64,000 nt of DNA, from the NCBI GenBank assembly GCA_015488885.1, contig WFMW01000020.1:221-64220 (forward strand). The letters are read 5' to 3'. Origin of the DNA: Gammaproteobacteria bacterium. GTDB lineage: Bacteria > Pseudomonadota > Gammaproteobacteria > SZUA-229. Below the pieces are notes generated by a model. The model saw nothing but the letters and a program-made list of their open reading frames with translations. It did not search any database and was not told the DNA's origin. Below are positions 1-11,151 of the stretch, in pieces (the stretch's first letter is position 1; every line of letters begins with the position of its first letter). The position numbers were made by a program, and so were the translations under genes.

Positions 1-1
1 G

Positions 2-2044
2 TTGTGCTCGGAAAAAGAACTGGGGCTGGCCGAACAGGCTGACGGTTTAATGGAACTGGCTGCTGATGCTCCGCTGGGCGAGGATCTGCGTGATTACCTG
101 TCGCTGGATGATACGATTATTGACATTGATTTAACCCCCAACCGGGGTGACTGTCTGAGTATTGCCGGTATTGCCCGCGAGCTGGCGGTATTGAATGAAT
201 GCAGTGTTAATCGTCCGCCCATGGAAGCCGTCATACCCCGCCTGGATGATTCTTTCAGTGTTGAACTGGAGGCAGAAACAGCCTGTAGTCATTATGCCGG
301 GCGTATTATCAAAGGTGTTGATACACAGGCCAGATCACCGGTCTGGCTGACTGAACGTCTGCGCCGCAGTGGTATCCGCAGTAACGGGCCGGTGGTGGAT
401 ATTACCAATTATGTGATGCTGGAACTGGGGCAGCCGATGCATGCTTTTGACCTGGACAGGCTGCACGGTAGCCTGCATATCCGTTATGCCCAATCCGCCG
501 AGAAAATGACCCTGCTCGATGGTAAGCCGGTAACACTGGATGCTGATACCCTGGTGGTTGCCGATGATGATCGACCGCTGGCGATCGCGGGGATTATGGG
601 CGGGGAAGATTCTGGCGTTAGTCAGACCACAAACGATATCTTTCTTGAGAGTGCATATTTCAGGCCTGAAGTGATTGCCGGTAAAGCACGTTCCTATGGT
701 TTGCATACCGATTCCTCACACCGGTTTGAACGCGGGGTGGATACTGGCTTACAGGTGGTGGCGCTGGAACGTGCCAGTGAGCTGATTATGCAGATATGCG
801 GTGGTGAAGCCGCCAAAGTGCAGGAATACATCACCCGCGCACATCCCCTGCATAATCCACAAATCCACGTAAGACGGCAGCGAATTAAACGGGTGCTCGG
901 TATTGCCATGGAGGATTCGGCTATTGAAGCCATCTTTACACGACTTGGTTTTGATGTGCAAACGACGGATGAAGGCTGGCAGGTACAGGCACCAGGTTAC
1001 CGTTTTGATATTAATATTGAAGCTGATCTACTGGAAGAACTGGTGCGTGTTTATGGTTATAACAATATTCCACGCATTCATGCCAGTTACCCCGGCATTA
1101 TCCAGCCACGTAAAGAAACCCATATTAGTCTGGTTAGCCTGAAAAACAGGCTGGTTAATCGTGGTTACTTCGAGGTGGTTACCTACAGTTTTGTTGATCC
1201 AGCCATGCAGGCCATCTTTGATCCACCGCTCACACCGGTGGCACTGGCCAATCCTATTTCATCAGAAATGTCAGTGATGCGCACCACCCTGTGGATCGGT
1301 TTATTGCAGGCAATGAAATACAATTTAAACCGACAGCAAACCCGGGTACGCCTGTTTGAAGCCGGGCTGTGTTTTTACCCGGATCATACTGAGGGGGCTA
1401 CCAGCTTACAGGCAGGCATTACCCAGCAGCCGATGTTTGCCGGTGTCATTGCAGGCGATCATCTTCCACAGCAATGGGGCAGTGAAACTCGAAAAGTTGA
1501 CTATTTCGACCTGAAAGCTGATGTTGAAGCCTTACTGGAAAAATCCCGTTATATTACAGAATTCAAAGCCGCTGAGCATCCGGTTTTACACCCTGGGCAA
1601 TCAGCCTGTCTGATGCAGAACGGTCAGCTTGTCGGCTGGCTGGGTGCGTTACATCCATCCATACAGAAACAGCTGGGTATTGACCCGCAGGTTTATCTAT
1701 TTGAAATTCAGCAATCGGCGATAAATGAATCAACGTTACCGGCGTTTAAGTCACTATCACGCTATCCCGAAGTGCGTCGAGATATCGCTATTTTAGTGGA
1801 TGTTGACATTAGTGCCGCTGATTTATTGCAAACGATTCATCAAAATGCGTCTCGTTTACTTGTGGATTGCGAATTATTTGATATATATCAGGGTAAAGGG
1901 GTGGAGAAAGGCATAAAAAGTGTCGCTTTCGGCTTGATTTTACAGGATTTATCCTGCACTCTTACGGATCAGGATGTGGAAACTGAAATTGAAAACATTG
2001 TATCTGCACTAAATCAGCAATTTGCTGCTACACTTCGGGAGTAG
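2..2044 (+). CDS. pheT: phenylalanine--tRNA ligase beta subunit (5' end cut by window edge)
   Basis: 680-aa ORF running off the window start. The body is PheT-like and it is followed 3 bp later by ihfA, as in the conserved pheST-ihfA operon. Confidence 0.9.
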   Translation: MCSEKELGLAEQADGLMELAADAPLGEDLRDYLSLDDTIIDIDLTPNRGDCLSIAGIARELAVLNECSVNRPPMEAVIPRLDDSFSVELEAETACSHYAGRIIKGVDTQARSPVWLTERLRRSGIRSNGPVVDITNYVMLELGQPMHAFDLDRLHGSLHIRYAQSAEKMTLLDGKPVTLDADTLVVADDDRPLAIAGIMGGEDSGVSQTTNDIFLESAYFRPEVIAGKARSYGLHTDSSHRFERGVDTGLQVVALERASELIMQICGGEAAKVQEYITRAHPLHNPQIHVRRQRIKRVLGIAMEDSAIEAIFTRLGFDVQTTDEGWQVQAPGYRFDINIEADLLEELVRVYGYNNIPRIHASYPGIIQPRKETHISLVSLKNRLVNRGYFEVVTYSFVDPAMQAIFDPPLTPVALANPISSEMSVMRTTLWIGLLQAMKYNLNRQQTRVRLFEAGLCFYPDHTEGATSLQAGITQQPMFAGVIAGDHLPQQWGSETRKVDYFDLKADVEALLEKSRYITEFKAAEHPVLHPGQSACLMQNGQLVGWLGALHPSIQKQLGIDPQVYLFEIQQSAINESTLPAFKSLSRYPEVRRDIAILVDVDISAADLLQTIHQNASRLLVDCELFDIYQGKGVEKGIKSVAFGLILQDLSCTLTDQDVETEIENIVSALNQQFAATLRE

Positions 2045-2046
2045 GT

Positions 2047-2349
2047 ATGGCATTAACAAAAGCCGATATGGCTGAAAATTTGTACGAAGAACTGGGTTTA
2101 AATAAACGTGAAGCTAAAGAGCTGGTCGAACTTTTCTTTGGGGAAATTCGTACTGCTTTAGGCGACGCTAATCATGTCAAACTTTCAGGCTTTGGGAATT
2201 TTGTATTACGCAATAAAACTGAGCGTCCCGGACGTAATCCTAAAACCGGTGAAGAGATACCCATTTCAGCGCGGCGTGTCGTCACCTTCAGACCTGGACA
2301 AAAACTGAAGCAAAGAGTAGAAGCTTATGCTGGAAGCGAGCAACAATAA
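2047..2349 (+). CDS. ihfA: integration host factor subunit alpha
   Basis: 100-aa HU/IHF-family protein (…GFGNF…RNPKTGEEI…) immediately after pheT. Confidence 0.9.
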   Translation: MALTKADMAENLYEELGLNKREAKELVELFFGEIRTALGDANHVKLSGFGNFVLRNKTERPGRNPKTGEEIPISARRVVTFRPGQKLKQRVEAYAGSEQQ

Positions 2350-2683
2350 TGAATTGCCGGTAATACCCGGAAAACGCTATTTTACCATTGGAGAAGTCAG
2401 TGAACTGTGCGGGGTTAAATCCCATGTGCTGCGTTACTGGGAGCAGGAATTTTCACAGCTTAAACCGGTAAAACGCCGTGGTAACCGACGCTATTACCAA
2501 CGTCATGATGTTCTCCTGATTCGGCAGATTCGTAGTCTGCTGTATAATGAAGGTTATACCATTGGTGGTGCACGGCAAAAACTGACGGGCGAAGAAGTCG
2601 CCGAAGATAATAATCAGAGTCAGCAAATTATTCGCCAGGTTCGTGATGAACTTGAAGGACTGTTATCAATTTTAAAAAGATAA
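2327..2683 (+). CDS. MerR-family transcriptional regulator
   Basis: 118-aa ORF with an N-terminal MerR-type HTH ([25 protein letters not shown]). It overlaps the ihfA 3' end, matching the conserved ihfA-merR-like pairing. Confidence 0.75.
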   Translation: MLEASNNNELPVIPGKRYFTIGEVSELCGVKSHVLRYWEQEFSQLKPVKRRGNRRYYQRHDVLLIRQIRSLLYNEGYTIGGARQKLTGEEVAEDNNQSQQIIRQVRDELEGLLSILKR

Positions 2684-2707
2684 TACAGGTTTAACAGGGA
2701 TATAAAG

Positions 2708-2734
2708 AAACCGGCATGAGCCGGTTTTTTTGTT
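2708..2734. terminator. rho-independent terminator (hairpin aaccggc-atga-gccggtt + T-run), possibly bidirectional between the MerR-like gene and tRNA-Pro
   Basis: A perfect 7-bp stem and 4-nt loop followed by ttttttt, seen directly in the sequence. Confidence 0.7.
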
Positions 2735-2748
2735 TTTATAAGATAAAC

Positions 2749-2825
2749 TGGTCGGGACGACAGGATTTGAACCTGTGACCACTACACCCCCAGTGTAGTG
2801 CGCTACCAGACTGCGCTACGCCCCG
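2749..2825 (-). tRNA. tRNA-Pro (anticodon GGG)
   Basis: The reverse complement reads cggggcgtagcgcagtctggtagcgc-actaca-CTGGGGG-tgtagt…ggttcaaatcc…gtcccgacca. It has a 7-bp acceptor stem, D and T arms, a 5-bp anticodon stem with a 7-nt loop carrying GGG, and an encoded CCA. Confidence 0.85.
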
Positions 2826-2896
2826 AAGGCGGTAAAGGATACACTATTTTATCCATTTTTAACATATAAAACGCATACACAGACGAAAAATAACCG

Positions 2897-5530
2897 ATGA
2901 AAAACGCCATACCAAAAACCATTTATTTAAAAGACTATACGCAACCGGCATTCTGGATTGATAAGGTTGATTTAATATTCGAACTGGGTGAAAAACAGAC
3001 AGACGTTTTTTCCTGTTTGCAGATAAGGAAAAACGCCCATGTCGATGCACAGAAACTGGTACTTGATGGTGAACAGCTTGAATTGATTGAAGTGAAAATG
3101 GATGGTCAGCCTTTGTCGGCGGTAGACTATTGTCACGATGATGTTTCACTGACCATTATGCAGCCACCGGCATCCTGCAAACTTGAAATCCATACCGTTA
3201 TCAAACCCCAGGAAAATTTTTCGCTGGAAGGCCTGTATAAATCCAGTGGTAATTTCTGTACGCAATGTGAAGCTCAGGGGTTCAGAAAGATCACCTATTT
3301 TATTGACCGGCCCGATGTTATGGCTGTATTTAGCAGTCGAATTATTGCCGATAAAAATCGCTACCCGGTATTATTATCCAACGGTAATCCGGTCGAAGCA
3401 GGTGACTATGATGATGGTCGGCACTGGGCTTTGTGGCGTGACCCGTTTAAAAAGCCCTGTTATTTATTTGCACTGGTTGCCGGTAAGCTGGATTATATCG
3501 AGGATCATTTTACTACCCTGTCAGGTCGTCGGTTACCACTGCGTATTTATGTTGAACCGCATAATATTAAAAAATGTGATCATGCGATGGCTTCATTGAT
3601 CCATGCGATGCAGTGGGATGAGCAGACTTTCGGTCGTGAATACGATCTGGATGTATACAATATTGTGGCCGTCGATGATTTTAATATGGGCGCCATGGAA
3701 AACAAGGGGCTGAATATTTTTAATTCCAAATATGTCCTGGCACAGCAGGATACGGCGACGGATACCGATTTTATTGGCATAGAAGGTGTCATTGCACATG
3801 AATATTTTCATAACTGGAGCGGTAACCGGGTTACCTGTCGTGACTGGTTTCAGCTAACCCTGAAAGAGGGCCTGACCGTGTTTCGCGATCAGCAGTTCAG
3901 CGCCGATATGAATGCTGCCGGGCCGAAACGTATAGATGATGTCAATGTTTTGCGTACGGTGCAATTTGCCGAAGATGCCGGGCCCATGGCACACCCGATT
4001 CAGCCCGATTCCTACCAGGAAATCAATAATTTTTATACGGCCACCGTGTATAACAAGGGCGCGGAAGTGATCCGTATGATTCATACCCTGCTGGGTGAGG
4101 CAAATTTTCGTCGCGGTATGGATGGTTATTTTGATCGTTTTGACGGCCAGGCAGTAACCACTGAAGATTTTGTCTGTGCTATGGAGGATGCCTCAGGGTT
4201 TGATTTAACGCAGTTCAGGCGTTGGTACCACCAGGCTGGTACACCGACTCTAACCGTTAGCGAAGCATATGATGAAAGCAGGCAGCAATACACACTAAGC
4301 CTGTCGCAAACCACCCCGGCTACCCCTGCACAGGATAATAAAGCTGCTTTTTATATTCCGGTTAAGGTGGGTTTAATGGATCATCATGGTGAGCTGATGG
4401 CGGTACAACACCAGTCGGACAATCAGTGTGCCCACGCAAACACCTTTGTTCTCGCTTTAACCGGTCAAAAACAGCAATTTGTTTTTAATGAGGTGCGGGA
4501 AAAGCCGGTTTTATCTATTTTGCGAGGTTATTCTGCACCGGTTAAGCTTGATTTTCCCCGTAGTGATAACGAACTGGCTTTCAGTCTGGCGCATGAAAGC
4601 GATGATTTTAATCGTTGGGATGCAGGGCAACAACTGGCAACCCGTATAATTTTACAGCTTGTTAATGCCATTCAACATAAGCAGCCACTGGTTTTACCCG
4701 ATTATTTTATTGATGCCTGTCGGGCAACATTAAATGATAAAACACTGGATAAGGCATTGCTGGCGCGTGCACTGGCATTACCTTCGTTGTCTTATATTGG
4801 CGAAATGATGGACATCATTGATGTTGATGCCATTTTTCAGGCACGTGAATTTATTCATCAGCAACTGGCTTTACATTTGCAGGCTGACTGGTTGCAGATG
4901 TACCAGCAAAACACACTTCAGCATTTCGATTTAAGCCCGGCATCCATGGGTAAACGGTTTGCTTGTAACCTGGCTTTATCCTATCTGATGTATATGCCTG
5001 ATCTGGGTGTAGAGCTGGCACAGAAACAATTTAAACATGCCAGTAATATGACCGATCAACTGGCCGCATTCAAGGCGATGGTTCATCACCAGACAGCGGT
5101 ATCGACTGAGGCTATTGAAGCATTTTATACACAGTGGAAAGATGATAATCTGGTTATGGATAAATGGTTTATGGTACAGGCAAGTGCGCCAGGTGAAACG
5201 ACATTAAAACGCATGGAAGCGCTGTTTAAGCATCCTGATTTTGATATTAAAAATCCCAACCGTGTCCGTGCCTTGCTGGGTACTTTCTGTTCAGCAAATC
5301 CACCATGTTTTCATCACCGTAGTGGTTTTGGCTATCAACTGCTGGGTAGATATATTGAAAAAATAGACCCGTTGAACCCACAGATTGCTGCCCGACTTTG
5401 CATGCCGTTAACGCGCTGGAAACGTTATGATCAGAATCGTCAACGGTTAATGCAGACAGAGTTACAACGTCTGCAGGCGTTACCACATCTGTCGGCTGAT
5501 GTTATTGAACTGGTAAGTAAAAGTTTGTAA
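2897..5530 (+). CDS. pepN: aminopeptidase N (M1 family)
   Basis: 877 aa with an HEYFHNW…E zinc-binding motif (HExxH + E) and the GAMEN motif (NMGAMENKG). Confidence 0.92.
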   Translation: MKNAIPKTIYLKDYTQPAFWIDKVDLIFELGEKQTDVFSCLQIRKNAHVDAQKLVLDGEQLELIEVKMDGQPLSAVDYCHDDVSLTIMQPPASCKLEIHTVIKPQENFSLEGLYKSSGNFCTQCEAQGFRKITYFIDRPDVMAVFSSRIIADKNRYPVLLSNGNPVEAGDYDDGRHWALWRDPFKKPCYLFALVAGKLDYIEDHFTTLSGRRLPLRIYVEPHNIKKCDHAMASLIHAMQWDEQTFGREYDLDVYNIVAVDDFNMGAMENKGLNIFNSKYVLAQQDTATDTDFIGIEGVIAHEYFHNWSGNRVTCRDWFQLTLKEGLTVFRDQQFSADMNAAGPKRIDDVNVLRTVQFAEDAGPMAHPIQPDSYQEINNFYTATVYNKGAEVIRMIHTLLGEANFRRGMDGYFDRFDGQAVTTEDFVCAMEDASGFDLTQFRRWYHQAGTPTLTVSEAYDESRQQYTLSLSQTTPATPAQDNKAAFYIPVKVGLMDHHGELMAVQHQSDNQCAHANTFVLALTGQKQQFVFNEVREKPVLSILRGYSAPVKLDFPRSDNELAFSLAHESDDFNRWDAGQQLATRIILQLVNAIQHKQPLVLPDYFIDACRATLNDKTLDKALLARALALPSLSYIGEMMDIIDVDAIFQAREFIHQQLALHLQADWLQMYQQNTLQHFDLSPASMGKRFACNLALSYLMYMPDLGVELAQKQFKHASNMTDQLAAFKAMVHHQTAVSTEAIEAFYTQWKDDNLVMDKWFMVQASAPGETTLKRMEALFKHPDFDIKNPNRVRALLGTFCSANPPCFHHRSGFGYQLLGRYIEKIDPLNPQIAARLCMPLTRWKRYDQNRQRLMQTELQRLQALPHLSADVIELVSKSL

Positions 5531-5733
5531 TACCGGTATGGATGATATTTGCGGGATATTCTTTATCCTGTAGTATTGACTCAACGGTGTACTTTATAAA
5601 GTATATTATTGTTTTAGCAGGTAAAAAATGGCTAATTTTCTGCCGATCTGGCATATACCGTCTACACTTAAGTAAGTATTATCTAAAGTGGAAATAAAAA
5701 TAAGTTGTTACCAATAACCGGGAGCAGTAATTT

Positions 5734-7470
5734 ATGTCAAATGTTGTATCTCTTTTCAGCAATATCGAGCAATATGAGGAGCGTCCTGTTGTCGTACTGG
5801 CAGATGATGACCCTTCTATTCGTCTGATGGTTCGCCATGTGCTCGAATCAGAAGAGTTTGACATAGTTGAAGCTAATGATGGTCTGGAAGCCATTAAAGC
5901 CGTGGAAAAACATCATCCTGCACTGATTTTGCTTGATGCTGTGATGCCAGGCATTGATGGTTTTACTACCTGTCAGCATCTTAAGGAAAAAGGCTATAAG
6001 GACATTCCGGTAATGATGATTACCGGTCTTGATGACGATGCTTCGGTAGAACGTGCTTATGATGTGGGGGCAATTGATTTTATTACTAAACCAATTAAAT
6101 GGGCGGTACTAAAGCATCGGGTTAAATCGGTGGTTGCCAAGGTTGTTGCGGAACGCAAGGTTAATATGCTGGCCTACAGGGATAGCTTAACCGATTTACC
6201 TAATCGCCTGTTATTTGCTGATCGACTTGAACAGGCGGTTATGCGGGCACAACGCAGCCGTACATCGATGGCATTAATGCTCATTGATATTGATGATTTT
6301 AAACTGGTTAATGACTCCTTTGGTCATGATGCTGGTGATAAACTCATTCAGGCTGTGGGTAAGTTGATCGCACGCTCATTACGTCGTGCTGATACGATCG
6401 CACGTTTAGGTGGTGATGAATTTGCGGTAATCATCGAAGGCATCGAAACGGCAGATGATGTGATTTCAATTGCCGATAATCTGACCACCATTCTGGAACA
6501 CAATGTCAGGCTGGATGAGCAGGAAACCTATACCAGTGCAAGTATTGGTATTGCTGTTTACCCTGATGATGGTGACGATGCCACTCAACTATTAAAAAAT
6601 GCTGATACCGCCATGTATCGTGCAAAGGAAAACGGCAAACATTGTTTTCAGTTTTATAAGCCTGAAATGAGTGTTACCGCCATGGCGCGTCTGGAGCTGG
6701 AGAACAGTCTGCGCGCTGCTTTTGAAGCCGATGAGTTTCAGGTATATTATCAGCCAATTATCGATTTACACAAAAATGAAGTTTATTGTGTGGAAGCTTT
6801 ATTACGCTGGCATCATCCTGACAAAGGTATGATTCAGCCGGAAGATTTTGTTTCAGTAATAGAAGATAGCAGCCTGATAGTTGCTCTGGGAGAATGGCTT
6901 ATTACCAGTGTCTGCAAACAGATTAAAGCCTGGAATCAGGCGGGGCTAGGCCAACAACTGGTTTCCATCAATCTGGCACCAAAGCAGTTTAAGGAACAGG
7001 ATCTGGTCGGTTTATTTACCCGGGCAATGACTGAGTATAATGTCGATGGCGAGTCACTGGCAGTAGAAATTACCGAGCGTACTTTAATTGATAATATCGG
7101 CGAAGTAGAAAGTACCTTAATTAAACTTCGTGAGATGGGGTTTGGAATTTCACTCGATGATTTTGGCACCGGTTATGCCTCACTGGCTTATTTAAAAGAA
7201 TTTCCAGTAGATATTGTAAAAATTGATCAGGTCTTCATTGAAGGCATGCCCGATAATGAAGAAGATACGGCTATTGTTAATGCGATTGCCGGGTTAACTC
7301 GTGGACTTAAACTGAAATTACTGGCTGAAGGTGTGGAAAATGACCGCCAACTAGCCGTTTTAAAAGGTCTTGGTTGCCAGTATGCACAGGGCTTTTACTG
7401 GAGTAAAGCATTACCTGGTGATGAGTTTGAACAGTTCTATTTAAATCAGGTTTATAATATTAGTCAATAA
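5734..7470 (+). CDS. response-regulator receiver / GGDEF / EAL protein (c-di-GMP turnover)
   Basis: REC domain (LLDAVMPGIDG), GGDEF domain (RLGGDEFAV) and EAL domain (EALLRW…DDFGTGYASL…KIDQ). Confidence 0.88.
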   Translation: MSNVVSLFSNIEQYEERPVVVLADDDPSIRLMVRHVLESEEFDIVEANDGLEAIKAVEKHHPALILLDAVMPGIDGFTTCQHLKEKGYKDIPVMMITGLDDDASVERAYDVGAIDFITKPIKWAVLKHRVKSVVAKVVAERKVNMLAYRDSLTDLPNRLLFADRLEQAVMRAQRSRTSMALMLIDIDDFKLVNDSFGHDAGDKLIQAVGKLIARSLRRADTIARLGGDEFAVIIEGIETADDVISIADNLTTILEHNVRLDEQETYTSASIGIAVYPDDGDDATQLLKNADTAMYRAKENGKHCFQFYKPEMSVTAMARLELENSLRAAFEADEFQVYYQPIIDLHKNEVYCVEALLRWHHPDKGMIQPEDFVSVIEDSSLIVALGEWLITSVCKQIKAWNQAGLGQQLVSINLAPKQFKEQDLVGLFTRAMTEYNVDGESLAVEITERTLIDNIGEVESTLIKLREMGFGISLDDFGTGYASLAYLKEFPVDIVKIDQVFIEGMPDNEEDTAIVNAIAGLTRGLKLKLLAEGVENDRQLAVLKGLGCQYAQGFYWSKALPGDEFEQFYLNQVYNISQ

Positions 7471-7655
7471 ACCCCTGATGACCGTGATTCGGTTCAGGCA
7501 AGCGTTATTTATCGCAATAACCCACCAACTTAGCTGTATTCCACGTCATGGATCAGACTGTTTCCATCTCTTTTTTATTTTCATTGCCCGGCCATTTACA
7601 TGTAAAATCACTTTATACTGTAAAATAAGCGATACCCCGAATATTTTGATGGTCA

Positions 7656-8489
7656 ATGATGCCGATAACTGAACAAATTTTACCCGATCTGAAACAGCTT
7701 GAAACACTGGTGCGCAAGGCAGCAAAAGAAGAACTGTTAAGCCAGTTTGGCCATGCTGAATATCATTACAAGGATGATGGCAGTGTGGTTACCCCGGCTG
7801 ATTTTGCCATGCAGGAACGGCTGAAACAGGAACTGTTATTATTGTGGCCCCAATATGCTCTACTGGGTGAAGAAATGAGTGAACCACAGCAGCGTGCTGT
7901 GCTGGAAAGCCATGTCGCTTACTGGTGTATCGACCCACTTGATGGTACCAGTAACTTTGCTGCTGGTTTACCCCTGTTTGCCGTATCCATTGCGCTAATT
8001 ATCAACCATCAACAGCAACTTGGGCTGATTTATGATCCGCTTCGTGATGAAATGTTTACCGCGATAAAAGGTCAGGGAGCATGGTTGAACGGAAACCGAT
8101 TAAGTTACAGGCAATCGGATACATCATCAACAGGGCAAAAGGATAAGCATATTGTCGCTGAAATTGATATAAAGCGCCTGCCCCGAGCATTATCAATAAA
8201 GCTGATAGAAAATGATCTGTTTATTTCACAACGAAATCTGGGGGCTGCCACCCTGGAGTGGTGCTGGTTAGCGGCTAACCGTTTTGATCTATATTTGAAG
8301 GGTGCCCAGAAACTCTGGGATTATGCTGCTGGCAGCCTTATATTTGCCGAAGCTGGTGGTTACGCGCTTTCTCTGGATAATCAGCCGGTTTTTAAAGAGC
8401 AACTGGGTAGTCGTTCGGTTCTGGCAGCGCTAGATGAAGATTTATTTAAACACTGGTATAACTGGCTTGATATCCCCGTCAAAGGATAG
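7656..8489 (+). CDS. inositol monophosphatase / CysQ-SuhB family phosphatase
   Basis: WCIDPLDGTSNF motif typical of the IMPase family. 277 aa. Confidence 0.75.
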   Translation: MMPITEQILPDLKQLETLVRKAAKEELLSQFGHAEYHYKDDGSVVTPADFAMQERLKQELLLLWPQYALLGEEMSEPQQRAVLESHVAYWCIDPLDGTSNFAAGLPLFAVSIALIINHQQQLGLIYDPLRDEMFTAIKGQGAWLNGNRLSYRQSDTSSTGQKDKHIVAEIDIKRLPRALSIKLIENDLFISQRNLGAATLEWCWLAANRFDLYLKGAQKLWDYAAGSLIFAEAGGYALSLDNQPVFKEQLGSRSVLAALDEDLFKHWYNWLDIPVKG

Positions 8490-8555
8490 CAAAAGGAATA
8501 ACCGTTGAGAGCTTGCTTGCTGATATGGCTGATAATTTTTTATTGAGAGTAAATC

Positions 8556-9260
8556 GTGGCACCTGTTTTATTTGATATACGTGGTCTTATTAAATTGGGT
8601 ATTGGTCTTATTTTATTGATATTGCTGGTATTCGTTAGTGGTTTCACCCTTGGTTATCACAAGGCTTCAAGTGATAGAATAAACGAAACCACCCGACTCG
8701 GGTTGAAACTACCGTTATCAAAAAGTGTTTCGGCGGCTGCTCTAGCACCTCAAATACCACTGAAAATTGCCCCGGGTATAGATATCGATGTTGATGAGCC
8801 TGATCGTGGTTCAGTGCAAAAACCGGAAGAAAAATTTGAATCTGTGGCGGCTAATGCGCTAGCCGTGACAAAAAAGCTAATTAACCCGATACAACCGGTT
8901 GGTATATCAGCTAAAGCAAAAAAGGCTTTATCTCATACAGAAGAACTTGTGTCACAAACCAGAATATATACTGTTCAGGTGGGTGTTTATCAGCATCATC
9001 GAAATGCAGAAAATTTGCTTAAATCATTACAGGCACGGGGTTTGAATGCTTACCTGGCTGATTTTTTGACTAAAAATCATCAACGACGCTATAACGTACG
9101 TTTCGGTTATTATGCTAATAAAAAGCAGGCCCGGCAGGCATTAAAAGTTTATCGTAAAGAATCAGGCGGAACGGGGTATCTGCTTAGAAGAGAAGCGATT
9201 TTTCATGCAAAAAATAACATAATTATTAATGCAAACACCGATAAAACTACTGAGTTTTGA
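8556..9260 (+). CDS. SPOR-domain protein (septal peptidoglycan binding)
   Basis: N-terminal TM segment and a C-terminal SPOR-like repeat (YTVQVGVYQ…NAENLLKSLQARGLNAY…RFGYYANKKQARQAL). Confidence 0.65.
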   Translation: MAPVLFDIRGLIKLGIGLILLILLVFVSGFTLGYHKASSDRINETTRLGLKLPLSKSVSAAALAPQIPLKIAPGIDIDVDEPDRGSVQKPEEKFESVAANALAVTKKLINPIQPVGISAKAKKALSHTEELVSQTRIYTVQVGVYQHHRNAENLLKSLQARGLNAYLADFLTKNHQRRYNVRFGYYANKKQARQALKVYRKESGGTGYLLRREAIFHAKNNIIINANTDKTTEF

Positions 9261-9930
9261 TTTAGACGATACCCTGTGGCCCTGTTTACCAACCATCATG
9301 GCAGCTGAGAAGGCACACTACCGATGGATGCAACAACATGTTCCAGTTATCTGTTTACATTACACCATAACACAACTAGCTGAAAAACGGCGTGCGTTGA
9401 TGGCAGCTAACCCGCAATGGGCGCATGACCTGAGCCGAGTGCGAATGGAGTCTTTACGTTCATTAAGTCTTGAGTTTGGTCTTGATTTTAACTGGGTTCA
9501 GCCAGCTTTTAATGTTTTTTATCAGGCTCGTCAACAGGTAAAGATGTTCGATGATGTTGCCCCTGCACTGGATAAGCTGGCACAACATTATCGTCTGGTT
9601 GCATTGACAAACGGTAACTCGGATATGCAAAAAACAGGCATACAACCATGGTTTGAGTTTGCGCTGAGTGCCGCAGATGTCGGCGAAAAAAAATCACAGC
9701 CAGCTATTTATGCCATGGCGATGGCTCGTGCGGGTGTCACAGCCAGCCAGTGTGTGCATATTGGTAATGACCCGGAACAGGATGTACTGGGTGCGCAACG
9801 TGCCGGTATTTATAGTATCTGGTTAAACAGAACCGATATAGTATGGACGCAGACAGATTATTGGCCTGATGCACAAATAGGCAGTTTATATGAATTACCC
9901 GATTTGCTACTGAGTTTTTGTAATGTATAG
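9229..9930 (+). CDS. HAD-superfamily hydrolase
   Basis: DxDxT-type motif I (LSFDLDDTLW) plus downstream HAD motifs. The true start may lie slightly downstream of the overlapping ATG. Confidence 0.7.
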   Translation: MQTPIKLLSFDLDDTLWPCLPTIMAAEKAHYRWMQQHVPVICLHYTITQLAEKRRALMAANPQWAHDLSRVRMESLRSLSLEFGLDFNWVQPAFNVFYQARQQVKMFDDVAPALDKLAQHYRLVALTNGNSDMQKTGIQPWFEFALSAADVGEKKSQPAIYAMAMARAGVTASQCVHIGNDPEQDVLGAQRAGIYSIWLNRTDIVWTQTDYWPDAQIGSLYELPDLLLSFCNV

Positions 9931-10012
9931 CGCCGCCAGCTAATGCAAATTTTATTGCCGGTTGAAATTACTATATAATTATCCCTTTTCGCCTTCTTTT
10001 GAGACAGCCCAG

Positions 10013-11077
10013 ATGATTTTTAAAACTGATGATGTTCGTATAACCGGCATTCAGGAAGTTATTGCCCCCAGAGTTCTGCATGAAGAACTGCCGCTCAATG
10101 AACAGATATCAGAAACGGTTTTTCACGCACGCTCAGCGATTCATCACATTCTTCATGGCGATGATGACCGGCTGGTTGTTGTCGTTGGTCCCTGTTCGGT
10201 TCATGACCCGGATGCAGCAAGAGAATATGCGAGTCGTCTAAAAAAATTAATGAATGAACTCAATGAAAACCTGTGTATTATCATGCGGGTTTATTTTGAG
10301 AAACCGCGTACCACCGTTGGCTGGAAAGGGCTGATTAATGACCCGGATCTGGATGAGAGTTTTCAGATTAATAAAGGCCTTAAGCTGGCACGTCAATTAT
10401 TACTTGATCTGGCACAGCTGGGGGTGCCAACAGGCACGGAATTCCTGGATTTAATCAGCCCCCAGTATATCGCTGATCTGGTAAGCTGGGGCGCGATTGG
10501 TGCGCGTACCACTGAAAGCCAGGGGCATCGCGAACTGGCTTCCGGTCTGTCATGCCCGGTTGGTTTTAAAAATGGTACTGATGGTGGGTTTAAAGTAGCC
10601 ATTGATGCGGTAAAAGCTGCATCTCATCCACATGTTTTTATGTCTTTAACCAAAGAAGGCCGCTCTGGTATTTTTTCCACCAAAGGAAATAAGGACTGTC
10701 ATATTATTTTACGTGGCGGCAAACAGCCTAACTATGATACTTCGAGTATTCAATATGCGGTAGAAAAACTGGAAAAATACGGTATCAAACCACAGATGAT
10801 GGTTGATTGTTCTCATGCAAACAGCCATAAGGATTTTCGTTGTCAACGGGATGTTTGTCAGAATGTTGCACAGCAGATTAGCAGTGGAGAAACCCATATT
10901 ATGGGAGTTATGCTTGAAAGTAATCTACTTGAAGGCAGACAGGATGTCACACCAGATCAACCCCTGGCCTACGGGCAGAGTATCACCGATGCCTGTATGT
11001 CGTGGGAAAATACCGAAAACTGTTTACGTGAACTGGCTGATGCAGTCAAGCAGCGTCGCAAATTAATAAAAACATAA
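10013..11077 (+). CDS. 3-deoxy-7-phosphoheptulonate (DAHP) synthase, class I (AroG/F/H type)
   Basis: The KPRTTVGWKGLINDP motif and the overall length match class I DAHP synthases. The start was chosen at the ATG that aligns with the AroG N-terminus (MIFKTDDVRI…). Confidence 0.88.
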   Translation: MIFKTDDVRITGIQEVIAPRVLHEELPLNEQISETVFHARSAIHHILHGDDDRLVVVVGPCSVHDPDAAREYASRLKKLMNELNENLCIIMRVYFEKPRTTVGWKGLINDPDLDESFQINKGLKLARQLLLDLAQLGVPTGTEFLDLISPQYIADLVSWGAIGARTTESQGHRELASGLSCPVGFKNGTDGGFKVAIDAVKAASHPHVFMSLTKEGRSGIFSTKGNKDCHIILRGGKQPNYDTSSIQYAVEKLEKYGIKPQMMVDCSHANSHKDFRCQRDVCQNVAQQISSGETHIMGVMLESNLLEGRQDVTPDQPLAYGQSITDACMSWENTENCLRELADAVKQRRKLIKT

Positions 11078-11151
11078 AAGACACACACCTACCTGCCGCA
11101 CTCCTATGCAGAGTATGAAAACGATAAAAATCACCCTCTGAACATCCAGAA

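Noticed and set aside
2749-2825. tRNA-Pro as a potential genomic-island integration site
   Set aside because: Both flanks are core genes (ihfA / MerR-like and pepN). No integrase, direct repeat of the tRNA 3' end or foreign DNA is visible.
7478-7672. 64-aa ORF in the REC-GGDEF-EAL / IMPase intergenic region
   Set aside because: Short, Cys/Phe-rich, with no RBS. More likely promoter or UTR sequence for the downstream phosphatase gene.
9962-10012. Upstream extension of DAHP synthase (MKLLYNYPFSPSFETAQ…)
   Set aside because: Alignment to the AroG N-terminus supports the internal ATG at 10013. The extension is probably 5' UTR.
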